Positions 49,377 through 59,563 of a stretch of 64,000 nucleotides of DNA are shown here, piece after piece. The DNA comes from Candidatus Eiseniibacteriota bacterium. Lineage in GTDB: Bacteria; Eisenbacteria; RBG-16-71-46; CAIMUX01; VGJL01. How positions within the stretch are numbered: the first letter of the stretch is position 1; every line of letters starts with the position of its first letter. Position numbers and translations under genes: made by a program. The DNA is taken from NCBI GenBank assembly GCA_963792585.1, contig CAWBWI010000001.1, positions 1,024,001 through 1,088,000 on the forward strand, written 5' to 3'. Below the pieces are notes generated by a model. That model was not told the origin of the DNA. It saw only the letters and a list, made by a program, of their open reading frames with translations, and searched no databases.

Positions 49377-52372
49377 CTAGACCCCGGTCTTCAGCACGAG
49401 ACCGCGCCGGGAGCGGCCGTCGACCCGGACGTCGAGAGGACGATCGAGCCGGACGTGCCGGAGGAAGACCGTCTCCTTGAAGACCGGCTGCGCGGCGAGC
49501 CACTCGTAGTCGACGAAGCTCTCTTCCGTCACCCCGGTGGATGTTGAAGTAGCCGATCCCGAACGCGGTCAGGTTCTGAAAGAAGTGCGTCCCCTCCGAC
49601 GGCGTGACCGGACGTTTCGCCGAGGTCGGTTTCGATGATCGCGCCCGTCGCCAGCGATCTGATGCCACTCGACAGGGATTCCAAGCCACGGGTCCGAGGT
49701 GCCCCAACGGCCGGGACCGATCAGGAGATACGGCCGCCCTTCGCGGATCAAGTCGGCGTTCAGGATTCCGACCTCCTGCGCCACGGCGTGGGTGCGGCTG
49801 CGCTCGAACGCTTCCGGGCGGCACGTACAGGATGTCGACGATATCGCGGATCCGTCCCTGTCCGAGGGCATGACTGCTTGCCACCAGAACATCCTCGCGG
49901 GGAACACTCCCGGCCAGTTCATCCATGTTCGCGGCCGCGACTTCGATCGCCATCGGACGAATCTGGAGGAAGGCGAATTCCGGCAGCCCCGCCCGTGGTC
50001 CGGAGCGAGGTTCGCAGCGAACTCGATCTCGACGGGGCAACTGACCAGCTCGGCTTCCAAGCGCCAGCAGGTGCGCCAGGATCCGGGGCAACGGGAACGC
50101 TTCGGTCTTCAGGATTGGCGCGAAGCGTGACGAGGCGGATCCCCTGCCGGGAGATTCCGTCGTAGACCGCGTCGTTGTCCGCCGAGTAGGTCGAGGCCAC
50201 GGCGCCCAAGGTTCCATGCGCCTCCGCGGTTTCGAGATCGAGGTGGACGATCGCCTCGTCCGCGTCCGCGTGGATGTGCCCGATCCTCCGGCCGAGGTCG
50301 AGGGCGTAGAAGTCCCGCTGGGCGTTCTCGAGATAGTCCGCCGTGCTCGAGAACTGCGGCATCGATCGAGGGCGGCCGGGTGAGAAGCGGACAGCGCGCT
50401 CCCCATCGACGACGGTCTTCCCCAAACCGAGCGCCACGAGGGCCACTCCGTCCTCGGGGCTCGTCCCCAGCACCGGGTAGTAGTTGTAGCAGCACGCCAC
50501 GCCCGCGAGATCGGGGTAGAAGTACGACTCGTGGCGCCTCCCGACGAGCTTCTGCAGCACGACCGCCATCTTCTCCTCTTCCATCCGGTGCTGGCGTGTT
50601 CTGGAGATAGGCCTTCGCATTGCGAAAGAAGATCGAGGCGTAGACGAGGCTGATCGCGTCGCAGAGGTGCTCGAACCGCACATCTTCGTCCGGATCGTTG
50701 TTCGCGAGCATGTAGGTCCGATAGATCCCGGCGAATGGCTGGTCGTGGGAGTCCTCGAGCATGCTCGAGGAGCGCACGGCGAGCGGTTAACGCATCCGCC
50801 GGATGTAGACACGCAGGTCTTCCAGAACCGCGTTCGAGAATAGTCCCGCGGAGAAACCCAGGGCGATCTCCTCGTCGGGGGCATCGGAGAGCGCGAGCTC
50901 GGCGAGATCGTTCCGTCTCAAGAATTCATCGAAGACATCCGTCCCGATCACGACCGACGGCGGGACGTAGATTCTGAACTCCGCGCAGATCTTCCGGCAT
51001 CTCGTGCTGGGAGAGAAGCGCGTTGATGAAGCCCAGACCACGCCCCTTTCCCCCCATCGATCCGGAGCCGATCCGGCCGAAGACGGTCGTCGGGTCGAAC
51101 TCGCGCAGCGAGAACTCGGCCACCACGCCGCGCCGCGCATCCGCTACGCAACCGACTGAAGACGTCGATCAGGTATCCCCGGAGCATTTCGATGCTCTCG
51201 AACTCGGAGACGCGGACGGGCCGGATCTTCGCGGCGAGTGCGAACTCCGTCCGGGCCATGCACCAGTTCGAGAAGTGGTTGCGGGTCGCGTGGTAGCGAA
51301 GAGAGTCGTCGGGGACCGAGGCCAGCGCTGCCGGCCATCGCGGCCAGGTCGCGGACACGCGCGCACCTCCCTGCCGTCGGGCAGGACGAAGACGAAATCG
51401 CCGAAACCGAGGCTCACCTGGATGAACCGGCGCAACTCCTCCAGCAGATGGGGAGAGCGCTTGTTCAGGAAGGCGGCCCCGAGGCGCCCGCCCTTCTCCG
51501 CGATCGTCTCGTCGGAGGACTGGATCAGGGCCGGCATGTCGGGATCGATCGTCTTCATGCGACGGACGAACTCGAGACCCGCCTCCGGGTCGGCGCGTCC
51601 CTTCACGAGGGAAGCGGGCGTCGGTGATGATCCCGAGCACGTGATCCCGGTAGCGCTCGAACAGCTCCCATCCCTCTTCGAAGCTCTCCGCGAGGAGGAT
51701 CTTCGGACGGGCCCTCATCCGTCGGAGCCGCTGCTTCGCGTTGACCCCGTCGACCATGAGCGATTGGTTCTGCCGCATCAACTCCATGTAGAGCAGCGGA
51801 AGATAGGACGAGTAGAAGCGCACGGAGTTCTCGATGAGGAGGATGATCCTCACGCCCGCCAGTTCGATGTCGCGCTCCAGCGTTGCTGCGGTCCTCGACG
51901 TACTTGATGATCGCCAGAAATATCCGAACATCGCCCCGCCAGACGAAGACCTGGTCGATCGCCGCGCGCCATTCCGACTCCTTCAGGCGAGCCGCCTCGA
52001 TCGAGTTGTAGGCGAGCAGGACGATCGGGCAGATCGGGGATAGCCTTCCTTCACCACGCGTCCGAACTTGCGGACGTCCATCTCGCCGAGTCGGGTCATC
52101 GTGATCACCAGGTCGAAGTGGCGCGCCTCCAAGAGCGCGAGGGCTTCCTCCCCCGTCGCGACCCGGGTGATCCGTGGCGCGGCGCTCAGGTTCAGCTGCA
52201 GATACTCGACGTCGAGACTCTCTCCGAGGAGCCCGTCCTCTTCCAGGATGTAGGAATCATAGGCGCTCGAGACCATCAGAATGTCGCGCACCCTGAAGGC
52301 CATGAGATCGGCGAAGACATCGTCTCGGTTCTGGTAGATCTCGATCGGCGTTCCGTGATTCGCTTCGTTCAC
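49377..52372 (-). CDS. receiver-domain + PEP/pyruvate-binding-domain protein (PpsA N-terminal-like; many frameshifts)
   Basis: Fragments give DILMVSSAYDSYILEEDG, ENSVRFYSSYLP, NHFSNW, GSMGGKGRGL, VRSSSMLEDS.DQPFAGIY, EEEKMAVVLQ, VEIEFA, GPGRWG, SEGTHFFQNLT; stop TAG at 49377. Confidence 0.85.
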
Positions 52373-52653
52373 GCCAGCCCCCCCGGATGCAGAGATCCCA
52401 TCTGTCGTTCTTCCGCGCTCAGGATAGAGGGCCGGTGATCCTCCTGTCGACCCGCGGGGCGCTGTTCTCGAGGGCCTCCCGGCGACGAAGCTCCCTGTGC
52501 AGTTCGACGATCAGCGGATGGCTCACGGGCGCCCTCCCCGGAGGGATCGTATCGCATGAGGGTTGGCCTTGATGAACATCCGTCGGGGGCTTACCCTTTG
52601 CTGCGGCTGCGCGTCCTCCGACGTCATCGGCGACGGCGGGGCGCCGAGGAGGC

Positions 52654-54225
52654 TTGATGAACCACTGGCCGTGGGTTCTCATCACGATCTGTATCCCCCT
52701 TTCCCTGATCCTCCCTCCTTCGACGGTCTCCGCCCCTGCGCCCGAGTTCGTCTCGGCCTCCGCGCGGGAGCTCTCGGGAGACCATCTTGGAGCTGTCCAC
52801 GATTACGAGTCGTTCATCGCGCGCGCGCCGGCCGACCGTCTTGCGCCGGTCGCCGCGCTGGCGATCGCCGCGATCCAGATCTCCGGGGCAGCCGACTCGA
52901 CGGCCGGGCTCACTTGGCTCGACCGCGTATTGGCCGACTATCGGTCGAGCCCCGAGGCGCCGCGCGCCGCGCGGCAGAAGGGCGAGATCGCTGAAGCGCG
53001 CAGGAAGTGGGCGGACGCTGCGGAGGCCTATGCCGAGGCCCTCGAGCTTGGAGGAGGCGCCGGAGGAGCCGCATGGGTCAACGAGGTGGCCGGCGCGGGC
53101 GCCCGGTGCCACGAGCGCGCGGGACAGCCAATGAAGGCGCTCGAGACCTACCGCAAGCTTCTCGACGGAGATCCGCCGCCCGAGGTTGCGGCCAATGCCC
53201 ACTATCGAATCGGCGTGGTCGAGGAAGCGGCAGGAGATTCAACGGCGGCCGCCGAGAGTTACGCAAAGGTCCTCGCGGACTTCCCCTGCACCCCCTCGGC
53301 GGATCCGGTGTTCGCCAAGCGGGCGATGATCGACCGGCACGTCTCGATCGACTGGAAACCTCTCGACACCTATGCCGCCGGGACACGGATGGTCGGACAG
53401 CGGGACTGGGACGGCGCCCTGAGATCGTGCGAGGAGATTCTCGCCGGTCCCGAGGACTCCCCTCTTCATGAATGCGCCGAGTACCGCAAGATCACGATCC
53501 AGACCCTGCTTTCCGGCGACTATACGGAAGGATCCCGGCGGATGCGGGCTTTCCTGTCCGATCACGCGGGTGGGCAACGGACGGACATGGCGGAGACGAC
53601 GATCGCGCAAAGGTGGGCTCCGGCCGTGGCGTTGGAAGCGCGCGTGCGCGAGCATCCGGACGATCCGGTGGCGTTGCGGGCGCTCGGATTCTACATGCTG
53701 CAGATTCGTTCGGGCGTCAAGGCTCTCGAGATGATGGAGAAAGCCCGCGCGATCGATCCCGACAATCCCGAAACGCAGCTCGGGCTCGGCTATGCGTACT
53801 CCATGCACGGACGCTCCGAGGAGGCGGCGCGCGCATTCGACGCCTACCTGAAGGCGAACCCGGACGACATCGATTCCCTGAACATGATCGGATACAGCTA
53901 CCTTGCGATGGGCCAGGCGGAGCGGGCGATTCCCTACTTCGAACGCTATGCCTCCGTCGCCATGGACGATGCGAACGCGCACGACAGCCTGGGCGAGGGG
54001 TATTTCCGCGTGGGACGGCTCGCGGACGCCGCGCGCGAATACGAGAGGGCGGTCGCCTTGAATCCGGCGTTCTCGAACTCATTCTTCATGCTCGGTCAGG
54101 TCTACCAGCAGCTCGGCGAGGGGGCGAAGGCCGCCGCGGCCTACCGGCGCTTCCTCGACCTGAGCCCCGACGGCCCGCAGGCGGACGAGGCGCGCGCGGC
54201 GCTTCCCGCCCTGACGGCCGAGTGA
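52654..54225 (+). CDS. secreted tetratricopeptide repeat protein
   Basis: Signal-like N-terminus, multiple TPRs (AHDSLGEGYF, SFFMLGQVY). Confidence 0.85.
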   Translation: MMNHWPWVLITICIPLSLILPPSTVSAPAPEFVSASARELSGDHLGAVHDYESFIARAPADRLAPVAALAIAAIQISGAADSTAGLTWLDRVLADYRSSPEAPRAARQKGEIAEARRKWADAAEAYAEALELGGGAGGAAWVNEVAGAGARCHERAGQPMKALETYRKLLDGDPPPEVAANAHYRIGVVEEAAGDSTAAAESYAKVLADFPCTPSADPVFAKRAMIDRHVSIDWKPLDTYAAGTRMVGQRDWDGALRSCEEILAGPEDSPLHECAEYRKITIQTLLSGDYTEGSRRMRAFLSDHAGGQRTDMAETTIAQRWAPAVALEARVREHPDDPVALRALGFYMLQIRSGVKALEMMEKARAIDPDNPETQLGLGYAYSMHGRSEEAARAFDAYLKANPDDIDSLNMIGYSYLAMGQAERAIPYFERYASVAMDDANAHDSLGEGYFRVGRLADAAREYERAVALNPAFSNSFFMLGQVYQQLGEGAKAAAAYRRFLDLSPDGPQADEARAALPALTAE

Positions 54226-54250
54226 GCAACCCCGCCAGGAGGAAATCGGA

Positions 54251-55164
54251 ATGGAGATCGATGTCACACGACGCAGATTCTTGCGACACTCGGCCCTCTT
54301 CGGGGCGACCCTCGCGTCCGCGAGTCTGGCAGGCTCGCTCTTCCGGAGCGCCCGCGCGGACGAGGGGACGGCCGGCGTCGACTTGGCCGTGGCCAAGGGA
54401 GACTCGCCCGCGAAGAACGCGCTGGCCGCGGTTGCGGCGATCGGAGGATTCGCCAGGTTCGTCCACCCGGGTGACAAGGTCGTCATCAAGCCAAACCCGA
54501 TTGGAACCAGTCCCCCGGACCGTGCGCTGAACACGCATCCCGAGATGATCGAGGCGGTGATCCGCGAGTGCTTCCGCGCCGGGGCGCGGGAAGTCGTGGC
54601 GATCAGCCATGACGAACCCCGATCGATGGAGACCAACGGAACCAGCGGCGCCGTAGAGAGGGCGGCGGGGTGCTGCGGGCGCTGGGCACGATGGACCAAT
54701 TCCGAGAGGTCTTGGTGCCGCGCGGTCGCCTCCTCCGGCAAGTCCACATCGCCGCCGATATCATCGATGCCGACGTCTTCATCAACATGCCGATCGCCAA
54801 GCACCACGCCGGATCGCAGGTCACCGGCGCGATGAAGAATCTCATGGGGGTCAACTGGGATCGGAACTACTTCCATGCAACCGACCTCCAAAGGTGCATC
54901 GGGGAGCTCGCGACCGCGATCCCCCACTCGCTCGTCATCATGGATGCGAACCACGTGCTGCTCACGAACGGACCTTCGGGTCCGGGTGAGGTCCTGCGCG
55001 CGCGGCAGGTCATCGCCTCGGTCGATCCGGTCGCCGTCGACGCGTACGCGACGCGCTTCTTCGGCTTGGAGGCCGGGGAGGTCGGCCACATCCAGACCGC
55101 GTACGATCTCGGCGTCGGGGAGATCGACCTCGCGAAGCTGCGCGTTCAGGAAGTGGAGGTCTAG
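54251..55164 (+). CDS. Tat-exported DUF362 domain protein (frameshift at ~54668)
   Basis: TRRRFLR twin-arginine signal, VVIKPN, NTHPE, INMPIAKHH, MKNLMG, DPVAVDAY. Confidence 0.85.
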
Positions 55165-55235
55165 AGGAGGGCGTTCGAACTCCGGGACGTCGGGTCTGGT
55201 AGCATGTGTAGGGGCCGCAGGGTGGAGGGGAAGCC

Positions 55236-58014
55236 GTGGACGTCCACAAGCTCGATTCGATCTTCAAGCCGCAGCGCATCGTCCTCTTCGGGGCAAGCGA
55301 GAATCCGAAGAGCGTCGGCTGCACGGTTCTTCGCAATCTCGTGGGCGCCGGTTTCCGGGGCGTCGTCTATCCGGTCCACCCGACGATCGAGGCGGTCCTC
55401 GGGATCCAGACCTACCCCGACGTCGCCGGACTCCCCCGCCGCCCCGACCTGGCCGTGATTTGCACCGCCGCCGGGCAGGTCCCCGGCATCGTCCGCGCGT
55501 GCGGCGAGGCGGGAATCCTCGGAATCGTGATCATCTCGGCCGGCTTCCGCGAGGTGGGTGAAGGGGGTCGGGCCCTCGAGGAAGCGGTCCGGACCGAGCA
55601 GCGGCGATTCGACGGCATGCGCATCATCGGCCCCAACTGCCTCGGAATCATCGTACCAGGGCTCATGCTGAACGCGAGCTTCGCCATCGGAACTCCCAAA
55701 GCCAGGCCATGTCGCGTTCATCTCGCAGTCGGGCGCGCTGTGCACCTCGGTGCTCGACTGGGCCATCGAGGAGAACATCGGCTTCTCCTACTTCGTGTCG
55801 ATCGGCAACATGCTCGACGTGGATTTCGGGGACCTGATCGACTACTTCGGCGAGGACGAACGGACCCGGTCGATCATCCTCTACATCGAGTCGCTCAACG
55901 ACGCGCGCAACTTCATGACCGCGACCCGCGCCTTCGCCCGGCACCAAGCCGATCGTCGCCTACAAGGCGGGACGCTTCGCCGAGTCGGCCCAGGCGGCCG
56001 CCTCGCACACCGGCGCGATGGCCGGCGAGGACGCCGTCTACGAGGCGGCTTTCGAGCGCGCGGGCATCGCCCGGGTCTTCGAGATCGGCGACATCTTCGA
56101 CTGCGCCGAGCTGGTCGCCCGCCACCAGCCGCCGCGCGGGGCGCGCCTGGCCATCGTCACCAACGCCGGCGGCCCGGGCGTGATGGCGACCGACGCGCTG
56201 ATCGCCCGCAAGGGGCGACTCGCGACCCTATCGCCGGCGACGATCGAGCAACTGAACGAGGCGCTGCCGCCCTCCTGGTCGCACGGCAATCCGGTCGACG
56301 TGCTCGGCGACGCGCGACCCGAAGCGCTTCGCGAAGGCGATCGAGATCGTGCTCGCCGACCCCGGCGTCGACGCGGTGCTCGTGATCCTCACGCCGCAGG
56401 CGATGACCAATCCGACCGTCGACGGCGAAGGCCGTGGGCGAGCTCGCGGCGGGCGCGTCCAAGCCGATCCTCGCCGCCTGGCTCGGGCGGCAAGAGCATG
56501 CGCGAGGGGATCGCCCTGCTGAACCAGGCCGGCATCGCGACCTACTCGACGCCGGAGCAGGCGGTGCGCGCCTTCATGACACTGGTGGCCTACGCGCGCA
56601 ACCTCGAGATGCTCTACGAGACGCCGCGCGACATCCCGGTCGCTCTTCACCCTCGACCGGCAGGAGATCCGGCGCGTCTTCGCTCGAGTTGCTCCCCAAG
56701 GAAGGCGACATCCTTCCGCGAATCCGTCTCCAAGGCGCTGCTCGACGCCTACGGCATCCCGGTCACCACGCCCGCGGGGCGCGCGATCCGCCGACGAGGC
56801 CGTCGACGCTCGCCGCCGAGAGTCGGCTATCCGGTCGTGCTGAAGATCCTCTCGCCCGACATCACCCACAAGACCGACGTCGGCGGGCGTCGCGCTCGAA
56901 CCTCGAGCGACGAGGCGGCGGTGCGGGACGCGTTCGAGCGAATCGTCACGACAGGCGCGCCGCGCAGCGACCCGACGCGCGCATCGACGGCGTCACCGTG
57001 CAGCGGATGGTCCGACGCGCGAGACGGCTTCGAGCTGATCCTCGGCGCGAAGAAGGACCCGATCTTCGGCACGGTGATCATGGTCGGCATGGGCGGCGTC
57101 GCGGCCGAGGTGTTCGGCGACCGGGCCCTCGGCTTGCCGCCGCTCAACGAGCGGCTGGCGCGCCGCATGCTCGAGTCGCTCGCAGTCGTGGCCGCTGCTG
57201 CAGGGTTACCGCGGCCGCCCGGGGTCAACATCGACCGGCTGATCGAGATCCTGATGCGCTTCTCGCTACCTCGTGGCCGACTACCCCGAGATCCGGGAGC
57301 TCGACGTCAATCCGCTGCTCGTCACGCCGGAGGACGTGAGTCGCCCTCGACGCCCGGGTCGTCGTCGACCGCGAGATCCTCGCGCGCGGTGCGCGGCCCT
57401 ACGCGCACCTGGCGCTCCGCCCGTATCCCGAGGAATACGTGACCGAGCTCGCGTTGAAGGACGGGACGGCGGTCGGACTGCGTCCGATCAAGCCCGAGGA
57501 CGAGCCGACTGTGGACGGAGCATGCTCTCCCGCTGCTCCCCGGAGACGATCTACGCCCGCTTCCGCTCCCTCTTCCAGTGGAGCACGCACGAGATCGCCA
57601 CCCGCTACTGCTTCATCGACTACGATCGCGAGATCGCGATCGTGGCCGAGGTGGAGGAGGGCGGCGTGCGCAAGCTCGCTCGGCGTCGGGCGGCTGGTCG
57701 CCGATCCGGACCACGAGACGGTCGAGTACGCGGTGCTCGTCGCCGATGCCTGGCAGAATCGCGGGCTCGGCGGGCTCCTCACCGACTACTGCTGCGAGAT
57801 CGCGAAGCACTGGGGCCTGAAGCGGATCGTGGCCGAGACCGCGCCGGACAACGCGCGGATGCTGGCCCTCTTCCGCAATCGCGGCTTCGAGATGAAGCAT
57901 GACGCCGAGGGGGACGTCGTCGAGGTCGAGAAGGAGCTGCCCGAGGCGGAAGCCTCGTCGGGCAGCCGATCGTTGAACGTCGGCCGGGACGGTGGTATTC
58001 TTGGCCCGGGTTGA
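55236..58014 (+). CDS. bifunctional acetate--CoA ligase family / GNAT acetyltransferase (Pat/PatZ-type; many frameshifts)
   Basis: CoA-binding N-terminus (IIGPNCLG), SQSGA, ASHTGA, NAGGPG, ATP-grasp (HKTDVGG, KDPIFG, ELDVNPL), C-terminal GNAT ([15 protein letters not shown]). Confidence 0.9.
57973..58001 (+). promoter_or_regulatory. sigma70-type promoter for the downstream DUF6599-DUF362-SprA-like operon
   Basis: TTGAAC-N17-TATTCT with extended -10 TG, inside the last codons of the Pat gene. Confidence 0.55.
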
Positions 58015-58032
58015 TTCCACGATGCGCTTGGG

Positions 58033-58618
58033 TTGGGGGCAGAGGGAGGGAATGTGAGCTACGCATCGATCGGCCGCCTGCGCGGCCAGGCGGTATTCTT
58101 CTTGTTGGCCGCATGGCTCGGCGCCGGCTGTGGTGGGGACTCAGGCCCCGACAGCCCTTCCGTCGTCCGCCATCCTCAGGACTTCCTCCCCCAGCAAGTC
58201 GGAAACATGATCCCGGCGGGGACCGCGCGAACCGCGACGACCGCGACCGAGCTGCAGGAGATCATCGACGGGGGCTACTCGACCTATACGAAACACGCCT
58301 TTCGCGAATTCGTGCAGCAAACCTATCAGGGCACGGTCGGGGGCACGGAGGCGGTCGTGGTCGTGTGGATCTTCGAGGTCGCGACTTCGGACGACGCCCA
58401 CGCCCTGCATTTGGATGAGGACGTTCGAGACCGGCAATTGCCAGGACCTGACGGGAATCGGCCAGGAAGAACGCCTGTGCCTCGGGCTCGGAAACAAAAC
58501 CCTGCAGATCCGCCGGGAGCAGTACTGGACCAGGATCACGATCGATGAAAGTTCCGCGGATGCCGAGGAGCTCCTGAAGCTCTTCGCCGCCCACGTCGAC
58601 CAGAAGATCACCGAGTAG
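58033..58618 (+). CDS. DUF6599-like lipoprotein (frameshift at ~58423)
   Basis: Lipobox GAGC; ELQEIIDGGYSTYTKHAF and WIFEVATSDDA resemble DUF6599; C-terminal part continues in ORF 58415..58618. Start may be GTG 58054. Confidence 0.65.
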
Positions 58619-58626
58619 GCCGATCA

Positions 58627-59556
58627 ATGGACCGGCGCCGGTTCCTGTGGTCGAGCCTTGGCCTTGTCGGGGCGAGAATCATCTATCCACGCACCGCACG
58701 CGCCGCCGACGAGATCGGGGCCGGCTCGTCGGACGACGGTTTTCCGGACATCGTGCGGGTCAAGGGGGAGGCGCGCGCGGCCACCCGCCGGGCGATCGAT
58801 GCCATCGGGGGCATGGAGCGCTTCGTGAAGCCCGGCCAGGTCGTCCTCGTCAAGCCCAACGCGGGATTCGACAGTCCGCCCGAGTGGGGCGCCAGCACGC
58901 ATCCAGAGGTGCTCGCCGGCGTGCTCGACGCGTGCATCGCCGCGCAGGCGCGCCGGATTCTCGTGGTCGACCACACGTTGGCCCCGTCTCAACGCTGCTT
59001 CCAGCGCACGGGACTGAATCGAGCGGTCGCCGACTATCCGACGGTTAAACTGGTCGCATTGGACGATCCGAAAACGTATGTCGAAACGCCGATCCCCCTC
59101 GGTCAGGCCCTGAAGACCACACAGGTCGCCGCCGTGGTCGGCAAGGTGGACGTCTTCATCAACGTCCCGACGGCGAAGGCCCACTCCGCGACCGAGGTGA
59201 GCCTCGGGCTCAAGAACCTGATGGGCCTGGTGTGGGATCGACATGTCTTCCATCAGGGGATGGATCTTCACGTCGGGATTGCCGATCTCGCGACGGTTCT
59301 GCGCCCCCACCTCACGATCCTGGATGCGATCCACATCCTGAAGACGGGAGGCCCTACCGGCCCCGGCGAAGTGGAGGAAGCGAACGTCGTCATTGCGGGC
59401 GTCGATCCCGTGGCCGTCGATGCGGTCGGCGTCGGTCTTTCGACCTGGAATCGAGAGACGCTCACGCCCGATGCAGTTGGATACATCCGGCATGCGGCCG
59501 CCCGCGGCCTGGGATCGATGCGCTTGGATACACTGCGGATCGTGGACCTCACCTAG
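58627..59556 (+). CDS. Tat-exported DUF362 domain protein
   Basis: DRRRFL signal, VLVKPN, STHPE, INVPTAKAH, LKNLMG, DPVAVDA. Confidence 0.88.
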   Translation: MDRRRFLWSSLGLVGARIIYPRTARAADEIGAGSSDDGFPDIVRVKGEARAATRRAIDAIGGMERFVKPGQVVLVKPNAGFDSPPEWGASTHPEVLAGVLDACIAAQARRILVVDHTLAPSQRCFQRTGLNRAVADYPTVKLVALDDPKTYVETPIPLGQALKTTQVAAVVGKVDVFINVPTAKAHSATEVSLGLKNLMGLVWDRHVFHQGMDLHVGIADLATVLRPHLTILDAIHILKTGGPTGPGEVEEANVVIAGVDPVAVDAVGVGLSTWNRETLTPDAVGYIRHAAARGLGSMRLDTLRIVDLT

Positions 59557-59563
59557 GATCGCA

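Noticed and set aside
52369..52653. Small ORFs upstream of the PEP-binding gene
   Set aside because: Competing frames, no motif, and the region is indel-prone, so no call can be supported.
47942..58618. Pseudogene island or programmed ribosomal frameshifting
   Set aside because: Too many shifts per gene, no consistent slippery sites and intact motifs; sequencing indels are more parsimonious.
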